Shown: piece after piece, positions 37,291 through 47,431 of the stretch
Numbering within the stretch: position 1 is the first letter of the stretch
Layout of the letters: each line of letters opens with the position of its first letter
IMG/VR virus record: IMGVR_UViG_3300033182_000581
Coordinates: 30,492-94,491 of that record
Direction: 5' to 3' (one strand)
Source of the DNA: a virus
DNA: 64,000 bases
Notes under the pieces: model-generated
What the model saw: only the letters and a program-made list of their open reading frames with translations
Databases searched by the model: none
What the model was told of the DNA's origin: nothing
Program-made: the position numbers and the translations under genes

Positions 37291-37644
37291 ATGAGAGATA
37301 TGAAAGATAAATCAATTTTTGTAAAACTAGCCAAAATGTTGGCTGATAGTGGTGTTGATGTTGAATTCGAAAGTGATTTCGAATATTGGAAAGAACATAG
37401 TGAGATTAAATATACTGAAGTTCCCTACATTGGTAGTGGTTGGTATGGTGGTCGTGATGGTTTCTACTTTAGGAAAGGTGCTTATAAAGATTGGAGTGAA
37501 TCTGAAGAGATAAAAATCCAATCAGTATTCGAAAACCTACAAATTGATGGATATCATTTAGAACTCAATAACATTGATGGTGTAGAATACGATGATGACC
37601 GAATTTGGAAGGCCAGTTTTGGTTTCTTTGTTGATAAAATTTAA
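37291..37644 (+). CDS. Hypothetical protein (single-gene cassette)
   Basis: ORF between repeated element copy 4 and a consensus promoter. Confidence 0.65.
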   Translation: MRDMKDKSIFVKLAKMLADSGVDVEFESDFEYWKEHSEIKYTEVPYIGSGWYGGRDGFYFRKGAYKDWSESEEIKIQSVFENLQIDGYHLELNNIDGVEYDDDRIWKASFGFFVDKI

Positions 37645-37653
37645 TATTAAAAG

Positions 37654-37685
37654 TTTGGTATATCCAAATAATTTTCGTATATTTG
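37654..37685 (+). promoter_or_regulatory. Bacteroidota-type promoter before exonuclease
   Basis: TTTG 37654, TATATTTG 37678, 20-nt spacer; ATG at 37691. Confidence 0.8.
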
Positions 37686-37690
37686 TATAG

Positions 37691-38638
37691 ATGAAAGATA
37701 GTAAGATAAACAACATATTTAGATTTGGGTTGAAAGAACCAAACCCAGATGATACGAGGGTATCTTACTCTCAATACACAATGTATGCAAGCTGTCCTAA
37801 ACAATGGAAGTTGAATTATATGGATGGTCATCGTTCATTTGACCCATCACTTCATTTAGTGTTTGGTACTGCAATGCACGAAACACTTCAGAGTTGGTTG
37901 GATGTGTTATATAACAAATCACTCAAAGAAGCAACTGAGATGGATTTGGGTAAGTTGTTGTATGATGGTATGATAGAAGAGTACAAAAAGATGCGTGAGC
38001 AGACTGGTACTGATTTTAGTACACCATCTCAAATGGAAGAGTTCTTAGAAGATGGGATTGAGATTCTAAATTATATTACAAAAAATAGGATTGATTACTT
38101 TAATACTCGTCAACTAAATTTAGTTGCTATTGAGTTACCAATATATGCCAAAGCAATTGAATCCCACAATGTTTATATGATGGGTTTCTTAGATTTGGTA
38201 TTCGAAGATACATATCAAAACAAATTGGTTATTTGGGATATCAAAACATCTACAAATGGGTGGAACAAATATCAGAAGGCTGATAAAACAAAAACCGCTC
38301 AGTTGGTATTGTACAAAAAGTTCTTATCTGAACAATATGGATATCCATTGGATAGAATCGATGTTAAGTATTTCATCGTAAAACGTAAGTTGATGGAAGG
38401 TATGATGTTTGCACAAAAGAGGGTACAAGAATTTGTACCTGCGAGTGGTAAACCAACATTGAATAAGATAACTAAGAGTTTCGAGGATTTTATCAGAAAC
38501 TCGTTTAACGAAGATGGTACATATCGTACTGATTCTGAGTTCCCTGCTATGGCAGGTAAAAACAATAAGAATTGTAAGTACTGTCCTTTTAAAAATGATT
38601 TTGATAAATGTCCTAAAGAAAATAGACACAAAGTTTAA
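37691..38638 (+). CDS. PD-(D/E)xK exonuclease, Cas4/AddB-like with Fe-S cysteines
   Basis: SYSQ...CP, GTAMH, GFLDL, WDIKT, QLVLY, CKYC...C. Confidence 0.88.
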   Translation: MKDSKINNIFRFGLKEPNPDDTRVSYSQYTMYASCPKQWKLNYMDGHRSFDPSLHLVFGTAMHETLQSWLDVLYNKSLKEATEMDLGKLLYDGMIEEYKKMREQTGTDFSTPSQMEEFLEDGIEILNYITKNRIDYFNTRQLNLVAIELPIYAKAIESHNVYMMGFLDLVFEDTYQNKLVIWDIKTSTNGWNKYQKADKTKTAQLVLYKKFLSEQYGYPLDRIDVKYFIVKRKLMEGMMFAQKRVQEFVPASGKPTLNKITKSFEDFIRNSFNEDGTYRTDSEFPAMAGKNNKNCKYCPFKNDFDKCPKENRHKV

Positions 38639-38648
38639 ATTTAGATAT

Positions 38649-39224
38649 ATGTTGTACGTTTATTGTAAAAAGGGGTTAGAGTTTAAAAACATAACCCGTA
38701 AGGCTATTTTGGGGTTGTTGGGATATACAACCTTTTTAGTATTAGGAACTTTCATATTAACTCACAATTCAGATAGACAGGTAGTTTTACAAACTATTAC
38801 ACCTGAAGAACGTATGATTGTAATCAATCAAAATGAACGAACATTTAGTGAAGATACTTTGGTTGATATGTTAAAAGAGTTGAATGTTAAGTTTCCACAT
38901 ATTGTATTAGCACAATCAATAGTTGAAACTGGTCATTGGACTAGTAGAATCTTTATGGAGAATAATAATCTCTTTGGTATGAAAGAAGCATATGTAAGAG
39001 TTCATACTGCAAAGGGAACTCAACACAACCACGCATACTATGAGAATTGGAGAGAATCGGTATATGATTATGCATTTTATCAATGTAGATATTTGGGTGG
39101 TATCGAAATCGAAGAAGAGTACTTTCAGTATCTATCAAAAAGTTATGCAGAAGCACCAAATTATGTACAATCTTTAAAAAGGGTTATAGCTAATGAAAAA
39201 TTACGTGAGAAATTTCAAAAGTAG
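38649..39224 (+). CDS. GH73 glucosaminidase-like peptidoglycan hydrolase with N-terminal membrane anchor
   Basis: LAQSIVETG, NNLFGMK, YAEAPNY; hydrophobic AILGLLGYTTFLVLGTFIL; start moved to ATG 38649. Confidence 0.8.
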   Translation: MLYVYCKKGLEFKNITRKAILGLLGYTTFLVLGTFILTHNSDRQVVLQTITPEERMIVINQNERTFSEDTLVDMLKELNVKFPHIVLAQSIVETGHWTSRIFMENNNLFGMKEAYVRVHTAKGTQHNHAYYENWRESVYDYAFYQCRYLGGIEIEEEYFQYLSKSYAEAPNYVQSLKRVIANEKLREKFQK

Positions 39225-39279
39225 TTCAAACAAAACTCGCGTATTATATAAACGAATATCAAATGGAAATGATGATGAT

Positions 39280-39675
39280 ATGAACATAGCAATAATTGGT
39301 TCACCCAAATATGATAATGTTAGAACCATTAGAGATTTCCTATTCAGTATCAAACAAAAGATGGGTACTGATGTTAATATTATTACGAGGGGGAATAAAG
39401 ATGGATGTGAAAAGTGGGTTAGAAAATATGCATTAGAGTTTGGATTTAGATATACTGAATTCAATCCAGCACATACGACACGAAATTTGTATAGTGGGAT
39501 GACTGATGAATATTATGATAAACCATTTCATCCAACACAAAGGTTACACCAATACGACTGTGTGGTGAAACATTCTGATAAGATAATCTATTTTGGTGGA
39601 ATTAAACCATCAGAGCAGAAACATTTTGAAAAACTTCTTTTGAGGTTTGGAAAAAAAGTTGTATATTTGACTTGA
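39280..39675 (+). CDS. SLOG-superfamily (YspA/DprA-like) protein
   Basis: IAIIGS...IITRGNKDGCEKWVRKYA; start moved to ATG 39280. Confidence 0.65.
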   Translation: MNIAIIGSPKYDNVRTIRDFLFSIKQKMGTDVNIITRGNKDGCEKWVRKYALEFGFRYTEFNPAHTTRNLYSGMTDEYYDKPFHPTQRLHQYDCVVKHSDKIIYFGGIKPSEQKHFEKLLLRFGKKVVYLT

Positions 39676-39698
39676 TTAAATATACTTCAATATTTATA
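39639..39698 (+). promoter_or_regulatory. Host-type promoter plus TATTTATA box upstream of the glycan island
   Basis: TTTG 39639, TATATTTG 39662 (19-nt spacer); TATTTATA 39691. Confidence 0.6.
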
Positions 39699-39719
39699 TA
39701 AAAATAATAAGGTTACGAA

Positions 39720-41108
39720 ATGAGTAAAAAGAAAAAGATTCTATTATTATCCGATGATTTGAGATTGCATAGTGGTATCGCAACCATGTCAAAGGAAATT
39801 GTATTACATACCTCACATATATACGATTGGATTCAGGTAGGTGCAGCAGTTAAACATCCAGATGAGGGTAAATTCTTTGATGTATCGGATTCAGTAAATG
39901 AAGAGGCCGGCATTGATAACGCAAACGTTAAGATTATACCAATGAGTGGGTATGGTAATCAAGACTTAATTAGACAATTGATTACAACTGAAAACCCTGA
40001 TGCAATCCTACACTTTACTGACCCACGTTTTTGGGATTGGTTATATGCTATGGAAGATGAAATCCGTAGACATATTCCTATCTTTTATTATAATATTTGG
40101 GATGATTTACCAGACCCACAATGGAATGCACCATTCTATGGAAGTTGTGATTTGTTGATGGGAATCTCTAAACAAACGTATGGTATCAACAAAAGAGTAA
40201 TGGATAAGTTTGGTATGACAATGGAAGATTGGCAAATCAAATATGTACCACATGGTGTATCTGAGAAGTTTAAACCAATCTTAAAAGATTCAGATGATTA
40301 TCAAAAAGTAATTGATATGAAATCTAAATTGGGTATTGGTGATAAAAAGTTCGTTGTACTATACAACAATAGAAACATTCGTAGAAAGAATCCAGGTGAT
40401 GTGATATTGGCATACAAAGAATTTTGTGATACTCTAACACCCGAAGAAGTTAAAGATGTTGTTCTCCTATTCCATACTCAGCAAGTAGACCCAAATGGTA
40501 CTGATTTGCCTGAAGTGATTAAGAATGTTTGTCCTGATTATGATGTTCAATTCACAAACTCTCAGTTCTCAACTGATGATTTGAATGTATTATACAATCT
40601 TGCAGATGTTACAATCAATATGGCATCTAATGAAGGATTTGGATTGGCAACTTGTGAATCAGTAAAAGCAGGTACACCAATCGTAGTGAATGTAACAGGT
40701 GGGTTACAAGACCAATGTAACTTTACTATCGATGGTAAGTATATCACAGCAGACCAATATGTTGAATTAGGTTCACTTCACAATCGTAAGAAATTGCCTG
40801 AGAATCTAAGTTGGGGTAGTTGGGTAAATCCAATCTGGCCTACGAATCGTTCTCTACAAGGTTCACCTGTAACTCCATATATCTTTGATGATAGATGTTC
40901 GTATGAAGATGCAGGTAAGGCATTAAGACAGTGGTATGATACACCAGCAGAACGTAGAACTGAATGTGGTTTGGAAGGTTCTGTATGGGTAAACTCAGTA
41001 GAAAGTGGTATGAGTGCTAGATATATGGGTCAGAGATTTATTGATTCTATGAATGGTGCATTTGAAAATTGGAAACCAAAAACGGAAGTTACATTATGGA
41101 AAATATAA
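39720..41108 (+). CDS. Glycosyltransferase, GT-B (GT4-like)
   Basis: NNRNIRRKN, EGFGLATCESVKAGTP. Confidence 0.88.
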   Translation: MSKKKKILLLSDDLRLHSGIATMSKEIVLHTSHIYDWIQVGAAVKHPDEGKFFDVSDSVNEEAGIDNANVKIIPMSGYGNQDLIRQLITTENPDAILHFTDPRFWDWLYAMEDEIRRHIPIFYYNIWDDLPDPQWNAPFYGSCDLLMGISKQTYGINKRVMDKFGMTMEDWQIKYVPHGVSEKFKPILKDSDDYQKVIDMKSKLGIGDKKFVVLYNNRNIRRKNPGDVILAYKEFCDTLTPEEVKDVVLLFHTQQVDPNGTDLPEVIKNVCPDYDVQFTNSQFSTDDLNVLYNLADVTINMASNEGFGLATCESVKAGTPIVVNVTGGLQDQCNFTIDGKYITADQYVELGSLHNRKKLPENLSWGSWVNPIWPTNRSLQGSPVTPYIFDDRCSYEDAGKALRQWYDTPAERRTECGLEGSVWVNSVESGMSARYMGQRFIDSMNGAFENWKPKTEVTLWKI

Positions 41109-42436
41109 AAAAGTTATGTGTAGTGAGTTGTCCTATTTCGACTCGAAGTGGGTATGGCGCACGAAGTAGAGATTTTGTTAGAGGTTTGATTGAATCTAAA
41201 CCTGATTGGGATATTCGAATTCTTTCTCAGAGATGGGGTATGACCGCAATGGATGCTCTTAAAGAAGGTGAAGATGATGATTTATTAAGTAGAATCATTA
41301 CTGAAAAGATGAATACTCAACCAGATGTTTGGATTCAGATTACAGTACCAAATGAGTTCCAACCCGTTGGTAAATATAACATTGGTGTAACTGCTGGTGT
41401 AGAAACAACTATCATGCCTGCAGAATGTTTGGAAGGTATCAATCGAATGAATAAAGTATTGGTATCATCTGAGTTTACAAAGCAGGTAATTATGAGTTCG
41501 GTGTATGATAAGAAAGACCAACAAACAAATCAAGCAGTAGGACAGTTGAAATGTAATGTTCCTGTTGAAGTATTGTTTGAAGGTATTGATTTAGAAGTGT
41601 ACAATGAGAAAGCACAACCTGAAGAACGAATCAATAATGTAATGAAGGAAATCAAAGAAGATTTCGCATTCTTATTTGTAGGACATTGGTTAAAGGGTGA
41701 TTTTGGACAAGATAGAAAAAACGTAAGTGGTTTGATTTGGACGTTCTTACAAGCGTTTCAAAATAAAAAGAAGCAACCCGCATTGATTCTAAAAACATCA
41801 GCAGGTTCAACATCATTGGTTGATAGAGTTAAGTTGAGAAAAGTAATCCAACAAATCAAAGAGCAAGTTGGTGGTACTAGACTACCAAATATTTATTTAC
41901 TACATTCAGATTTATCCGATTGGGAGATGAATGCACTGTATAATCATCCAAAGGTAAAAGCTCACATATCATTTACGAGAGGTGAGGGTTTTGGTAGACC
42001 TTTATTAGAAGCAACAATTAGTGGTAAACCTATGATTGTAAGTGGTTGGAGTGGACATATGGATTTTATTAATCCAGAATATGTAAGTGTGATAGGTGGT
42101 AAATTGGATAATGTGCATAAATCGGCTGCAGATAAATTCTTATTAGCAGATGGACAGTGGTTTTCAATCGATTACAACCATGCAGGTAGTGTTATGAGAG
42201 ATATGTTCGATAACTATAAGAAATATTTAGAAAAATCTCGTAAACATCGTAAGTATAGTAAAGATAGATTCTCATTTGATAAAATGATAGAACGTATTGG
42301 TGTATTGTTTGATGAGAGTACGATGGATATCAAAGAACAGCCACAACAGGTTCAGTTAAAACTACCTAAACTTAAAAAAGTTGGTGAAGATAAGAAACCA
42401 GAACTTAAACTACCAAAATTAAAGAAGGTTAAGTAA
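41096..42436 (+). CDS. Glycosyltransferase, GT-B (GT4-like)
   Basis: SGYG, FLFVG...RKN, GEGFGRPLLEA...GKP...WSGHMDF. Confidence 0.88.
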   Translation: MENIKKLCVVSCPISTRSGYGARSRDFVRGLIESKPDWDIRILSQRWGMTAMDALKEGEDDDLLSRIITEKMNTQPDVWIQITVPNEFQPVGKYNIGVTAGVETTIMPAECLEGINRMNKVLVSSEFTKQVIMSSVYDKKDQQTNQAVGQLKCNVPVEVLFEGIDLEVYNEKAQPEERINNVMKEIKEDFAFLFVGHWLKGDFGQDRKNVSGLIWTFLQAFQNKKKQPALILKTSAGSTSLVDRVKLRKVIQQIKEQVGGTRLPNIYLLHSDLSDWEMNALYNHPKVKAHISFTRGEGFGRPLLEATISGKPMIVSGWSGHMDFINPEYVSVIGGKLDNVHKSAADKFLLADGQWFSIDYNHAGSVMRDMFDNYKKYLEKSRKHRKYSKDRFSFDKMIERIGVLFDESTMDIKEQPQQVQLKLPKLKKVGEDKKPELKLPKLKKVK

Positions 42437-42951
42437 TGCTAGGGTATTACAATACACATCTAAGAAAAACATCAGACCCCACTCCAATTACGAAAAGTAA
42501 GATGGAGAGGGGTATGGTTGTTAAGATTAAGTACAAAAAAGATACAGGTACAAAGTTGTATCTAGTATTTGTACTTCAACCTAAATGGCCAAACACTACT
42601 GATGGTAAATTGCATGGATTATCATTGGATGCAGTATCTCCAGGTAAACTATTAGAGATTGCAGAAATTTACAATGAGGTGATGTCTAAATCATCAAAGG
42701 TGAAACGATTAGATTTGGCTAAGATTCAAATCAATGAAGCATCTAAGGTGTTCTACACATCAGAGATTAAAACCGAAAAACAATTAAAAGCTGCGTATCG
42801 TACATTTAACCTTTTGGATATCAAATCGGTTCAGGCGGTAAATTATGATTGGGGTAAATATGATAAGATTCCATCAGCCGCAGAACGTAGAGCACAATTA
42901 GAAGAAGAGGCAAGATTACGACAAGAATCAGAACAAAACAAATTAAAGTAA
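42436..42951 (+). CDS. Hypothetical protein
   Basis: 171-aa coupled ORF (LHGLSL...AYRTF). Confidence 0.65.
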   Translation: MLGYYNTHLRKTSDPTPITKSKMERGMVVKIKYKKDTGTKLYLVFVLQPKWPNTTDGKLHGLSLDAVSPGKLLEIAEIYNEVMSKSSKVKRLDLAKIQINEASKVFYTSEIKTEKQLKAAYRTFNLLDIKSVQAVNYDWGKYDKIPSAAERRAQLEEEARLRQESEQNKLK

Positions 42952-42952
42952 A

Positions 42953-43573
42953 ATGAAAATTAGTTATGCAATCCCAGTTTGTAATGAGCATGTAGAAATA
43001 CAAAGATTGGTATCATTTCTACTAAAACACAAACAAACTGAAGATGAAATTGTTATATTTTTTGATTCGAACAATGGTTCAAAATCAGTAGAAGAATATC
43101 TCAGAAGTCATTCTGTAAATGGTGAGTTTAGTTGGCACCCATATCCATTTGATGGACATTTTGGGAATATGAAAAATAAACTTAGTGAAATGTGTGATGG
43201 TGATTACATCTTTCAGATTGATGCCGATGAATTGCCTGATATTGGTTTGATGGAAAACATCCATAGTATTCTTAATATGAATGATGTTGATGTTGTATTA
43301 GTACCAAGAGTAAATACAGTCGCCGGCCTAACTGAATCTCACATTTATAAGTGGAAGTGGCAAGTGAATGATAATGGGTGGGTAAATTGGCCTGATTTAC
43401 AATGGAGAATCTACCGTAACTCAGATGATATCAAATGGGAAAACAAAGTACATGAAGTATTGAGTGGATACAAAACAATATCACATTTACCGTTAACTGA
43501 AGAGTTGGCGTTACATCATCCAAAAACAATCGAACGACAGGAGAAACAAAACGCGTATTACGATACGTTATAA
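42953..43573 (+). CDS. Glycosyltransferase, GT2 family
   Basis: ISYAIPVCNE, IDADE, VHE. Confidence 0.88.
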   Translation: MKISYAIPVCNEHVEIQRLVSFLLKHKQTEDEIVIFFDSNNGSKSVEEYLRSHSVNGEFSWHPYPFDGHFGNMKNKLSEMCDGDYIFQIDADELPDIGLMENIHSILNMNDVDVVLVPRVNTVAGLTESHIYKWKWQVNDNGWVNWPDLQWRIYRNSDDIKWENKVHEVLSGYKTISHLPLTEELALHHPKTIERQEKQNAYYDTL

Positions 43574-43576
43574 GTT

Positions 43577-45319
43577 ATGCATAAAGTAGGTATAATCGGT
43601 AAGGGTTACTTTGGTAAAAAGATACACTCAACACTCAAATCATTTTGTGATATCAAATTCTTCACTGGAAGAGAGATGGATATTACATATGATATTGATT
43701 GGGTAGTTATTGCATCTTCAACCGAATCTCATTATGAATTAGCAAAAGATTTCATCCAAAGGGGCATAAACGTCTTTGTTGAAAAACCAATGACTCCAAC
43801 ATATGAACAATCTAAAGAGTTGGTAGATTTATCAAAAAAGTACAATGTAAAGTTGTATGTTGATGATGTATTTTTGTATCACCCAACATTACGATGGATT
43901 GCACAATATGACCCTAAAGTTATTAGGTTCGAATGGAGAAAATATGGTTCATTTAATGATAATATTTTTAATAATTTATCATATCACGATTTATATATAG
44001 TATTACACTTAGGATACGATTTATCAGGAGATATTCATATCAAAACAAATAGAGTAAACGAAAAAGAGTTTAGTATTGGTGATATTGAATTTTATTATGA
44101 TAGGACTAGTAAAAATAAAACTAAACAGGCATTCGGTGGTGGGTTCAGTTTTGATTTCAAAACAAATTTAAATCTACTTACTTTTATGTTTCATCAGGTG
44201 TTTGATGAAAAGGTATCTTTCGAATCAAACAATAAAATGGCATTAGAAGTTAATTCTATATTGGATAGATTGAATGAATATAAACCAAAAGTAGCGGTAA
44301 TTGGGGCCGGTATCTTTGGAGTTACATCAGCACTTAAATTAGATGGTGATTTTGATGTAACATTATTTGAACAAAATAGTGATATATTACAAAACGCAAG
44401 TTCTATAAACCAATATAGATTACATAGGGGGTATCATTATCCACGAAGTGTTGATACTGCTGTATCTGCTAAGCATGGTACTGAAACATTTTTGAAAGAA
44501 TATCCATGTGAATTGGAATCATCAAATCAACATTATGCAATCGCATCATTTGGTTCAAAAGTAAATTCAGAAGAATACGAATCTTTTATGAATAGTGTGG
44601 GTTTAGAATATGAAGAAGTTGAAAGTGATTTAGTAGTTGATACAAGTATAGAAAAATTATACAAAGTTAATGAGGGATTATTTGACCCAAAAAAGTTGTA
44701 TGATATGTGTAAGAGTAGATTGGATGATTCTAATATAAAAGTACTATTCAACCAACAATTCAACCGTATACATGAGTTGGAATATGATTATATAATCAAT
44801 GCAACATATTCTAATCTTAATCAAAATTCAGAAAAGCAATCGGATTATCAATTTGAGATTTGTGAGAAACCATTGATTAAGTTGCCGGAAAAATATAAAG
44901 GAGTTGGTGTTGTGATTATGGATGGCCCATTTATGTGTATAGACCCATATTCTGATACCGATTACCATATAGTTGGAAATGTGGTTCATACAATTCATCA
45001 TACAAATGTGGGTAAAATCCCTGAGATACCTCAGAAGTTGAAAGGGTTATTAAATAAAGGTATTGTTAAAAACCCATCGATTACAAAATGGAATAGATTC
45101 AAAGAAACATTAAGTGAGTTTTTTACTGATGTTGATGGTGTAGAACACATTGGTTCTATGTTTACAATCAGAACTGTATTATCTAATAGAGATTATGATG
45201 ATGCAAGACCTAGTATAGTTGATAAAGAATCTAAAAGTAAATATCTAATATTTTCAGGTAAAATATCAACCGCGGTTGATACTGCAAATGAGTTGTACAA
45301 TTATATAAAAAAGAGCTAA
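43577..45319 (+). CDS. Gfo/Idh/MocA NAD-oxidoreductase fused to FAD-dependent (DAO-like) oxidoreductase
   Basis: GIIGKGYFG...HY...VFVEKP; second domain VAVIGAGIFG, NQYRLHRGYHYPRS. Confidence 0.8.
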   Translation: MHKVGIIGKGYFGKKIHSTLKSFCDIKFFTGREMDITYDIDWVVIASSTESHYELAKDFIQRGINVFVEKPMTPTYEQSKELVDLSKKYNVKLYVDDVFLYHPTLRWIAQYDPKVIRFEWRKYGSFNDNIFNNLSYHDLYIVLHLGYDLSGDIHIKTNRVNEKEFSIGDIEFYYDRTSKNKTKQAFGGGFSFDFKTNLNLLTFMFHQVFDEKVSFESNNKMALEVNSILDRLNEYKPKVAVIGAGIFGVTSALKLDGDFDVTLFEQNSDILQNASSINQYRLHRGYHYPRSVDTAVSAKHGTETFLKEYPCELESSNQHYAIASFGSKVNSEEYESFMNSVGLEYEEVESDLVVDTSIEKLYKVNEGLFDPKKLYDMCKSRLDDSNIKVLFNQQFNRIHELEYDYIINATYSNLNQNSEKQSDYQFEICEKPLIKLPEKYKGVGVVIMDGPFMCIDPYSDTDYHIVGNVVHTIHHTNVGKIPEIPQKLKGLLNKGIVKNPSITKWNRFKETLSEFFTDVDGVEHIGSMFTIRTVLSNRDYDDARPSIVDKESKSKYLIFSGKISTAVDTANELYNYIKKS

Positions 45320-45320
45320 T

Positions 45321-46748
45321 ATGCAGTTTTGGAGAACATTAGATAACAAAGTATACCCGGCCGGTGAAGTTAGTTCATTAGGGTTTCCAATAGATGACCC
45401 ATCTTACATTCCTGATGAGTATTTAGAAGCACAAAACTTTGTGATTCTGAGAACTTGTTTTGGGGTTGGTGATTGGGGAATCATTTCAGCATTTCCACAA
45501 AAGTTAAAAGAAAAATATCCCGAATGTAAAGTGTGGATTCCATCACCAAAATTGCTTCGTGAGATGTTTGGACACCTTGAACAAAACTGGTCTTCTTGGG
45601 ATGACCCATTTCAAGTAGTTCATACTATCTTCGACCACAACCCATATGTGGATGGATTTATTGATTCGTTTGAAGGGGAGGTGTTCAATGACCACTATCG
45701 TATTACGGATGGTGGGGATGTTCCTCTTATGGAAGAAATCCTTAAATTTTGGCAATTTGATAACTTTGAGAAAATTGAGCCGGAATTGTATTGGACTGAT
45801 GAGGAAAAAGAGTTTGGAGACAATATCATCAAAGAACATACGGATGGTGAATTTGGAACTCTTCTAATTTCAAATAGGTTTGATGGGACTGGTATTGAAA
45901 AGATTCAAAAGACATTGGATTGGTACAAAGCTCTACCTATATTCTATTGGACTAAATCGGTGGATGTTGATTTAGAGTTTAAAAAAGGATTGGATATGAG
46001 GCATATTGATACTCGTATTCAGTTGTATATCAAAACTCAAGCAAAGTTCAATGTAGGTAATCAGACTGGTATGAATGATACCATTGCAAACTACTCACCG
46101 ACCTTCACCGTTGCCCGTGGTAAACTTGGGTCTAACTTTATTAGAAGTCAACACTACTTGGAAGATACGATTGACCAAATTTTAAATCAAATTCCTGATA
46201 AATGGGATAGTAAAACAACTACCTCGAAGAAATGGAAAACTGATTTGTATAATTTCTGCAAAGAGAATGATGTAAAATCAATCTTGGAGATTGGAACATC
46301 ATTGGGACATACTACATACTTTGTAGCACACTTTGTTGATAAGGTTACTACAGTTGAGGTGGATTTTAATAGAGTTGAGAAGGCGAAGAAATTATCAGAG
46401 AAACATAATAACATTCATTTTATATGCCAAAGTGCATATGGTAGAGAATGGGATTTCGGATATCACGATTTAACAATAATTGATTGTATACATGAATACG
46501 ATTATGTTAAAATGGATATCGATAACGCAATTAAATTAGGAACTAAGTATATCGCATTTGATGATTATGGATTGTTTCCTGAAATAAAACAAGCAATTGA
46601 TGAATATATTTCTGAGGGGAAATTGGAAGTGGTATCTAAAATTGGATATCCCAAAGGAACTCACTTCTATATGTCTTTATCAACAAACACCACATCAGAT
46701 AAGGTTTTAGCTGATAGTGAGGGTATAATTTGTAAAGTAGTATTATGA
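45321..46748 (+). CDS. GT9-like domain fused to a class I SAM methyltransferase
   Basis: GVGD...HNPYVD N-domain; C-domain ILEIGTSLG, IIDCIHEY, FDDY. Confidence 0.65.
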   Translation: MQFWRTLDNKVYPAGEVSSLGFPIDDPSYIPDEYLEAQNFVILRTCFGVGDWGIISAFPQKLKEKYPECKVWIPSPKLLREMFGHLEQNWSSWDDPFQVVHTIFDHNPYVDGFIDSFEGEVFNDHYRITDGGDVPLMEEILKFWQFDNFEKIEPELYWTDEEKEFGDNIIKEHTDGEFGTLLISNRFDGTGIEKIQKTLDWYKALPIFYWTKSVDVDLEFKKGLDMRHIDTRIQLYIKTQAKFNVGNQTGMNDTIANYSPTFTVARGKLGSNFIRSQHYLEDTIDQILNQIPDKWDSKTTTSKKWKTDLYNFCKENDVKSILEIGTSLGHTTYFVAHFVDKVTTVEVDFNRVEKAKKLSEKHNNIHFICQSAYGREWDFGYHDLTIIDCIHEYDYVKMDIDNAIKLGTKYIAFDDYGLFPEIKQAIDEYISEGKLEVVSKIGYPKGTHFYMSLSTNTTSDKVLADSEGIICKVVL

Positions 46749-47431
46749 AAAATTTAAAATCTTTAATGGAAACTGATTTAGGTGTAAATGCTGAGGTTTT
46801 ATTAAATTTAATAAAAACGAAAGAAAACTCAATATTTGTAGATTTAGGAGTGCGTGATGGAAACTCATCTACTATTTTTTTAGAAGGTTCTACTGAACGT
46901 GAAAACAAAGTATATGGTGTGGATATTTCGTTTGAAACGTGTTCTACTAAAATAAAAAAACACCCCAACTATACTATGATTGAAAACGATTCTGTCATCG
47001 CTGGTGATGAGTGGGATGGTGGTGAAATAGATGTACTATTCGTAGATACCATCCATTCAGAACCACATGTAATGTGTGAATTACACAAATGGTATCCCCA
47101 TATGAAAAAGGGTGGTTCGATTGTATTTCACGACTCTAATTGGCCCGATGGTAAAATTTATAAACCTATGGGGAAATCTTTTGGTAGGGTTGATACTGCG
47201 ATAAAAAAATTCTTCAATATTGATACTTTAAACTTTGTAGATGATAATATTGATGTAAAAACGTATCCTAAATCTTGGGGAATGACATTTATCAAACTAC
47301 TAAAAAAGTATGATTACATTGGTGATGTATCCGATTGGGATTCTATCTATGAGGAGCGGGCCGAGTTAATTGAGTTGTCAATACAAAACGGAGGAAGAAC
47401 GACATCTAAATTAAGTAAATTTATAAAATGA
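46745..47431 (+). CDS. Class I SAM methyltransferase (Methyltransf_24-like)
   Basis: VDLGVRDGNS, LFVDTIH, GGSIVFHD. Confidence 0.82.
   Translation: MKNLKSLMETDLGVNAEVLLNLIKTKENSIFVDLGVRDGNSSTIFLEGSTERENKVYGVDISFETCSTKIKKHPNYTMIENDSVIAGDEWDGGEIDVLFVDTIHSEPHVMCELHKWYPHMKKGGSIVFHDSNWPDGKIYKPMGKSFGRVDTAIKKFFNIDTLNFVDDNIDVKTYPKSWGMTFIKLLKKYDYIGDVSDWDSIYEERAELIELSIQNGGRTTSKLSKFIK

Noticed and set aside
37691-38638. Cas4 of a CRISPR-Cas system
   Set aside because: No cas1/cas2 or array; solo Cas4-like exonucleases are common in phage replication modules.
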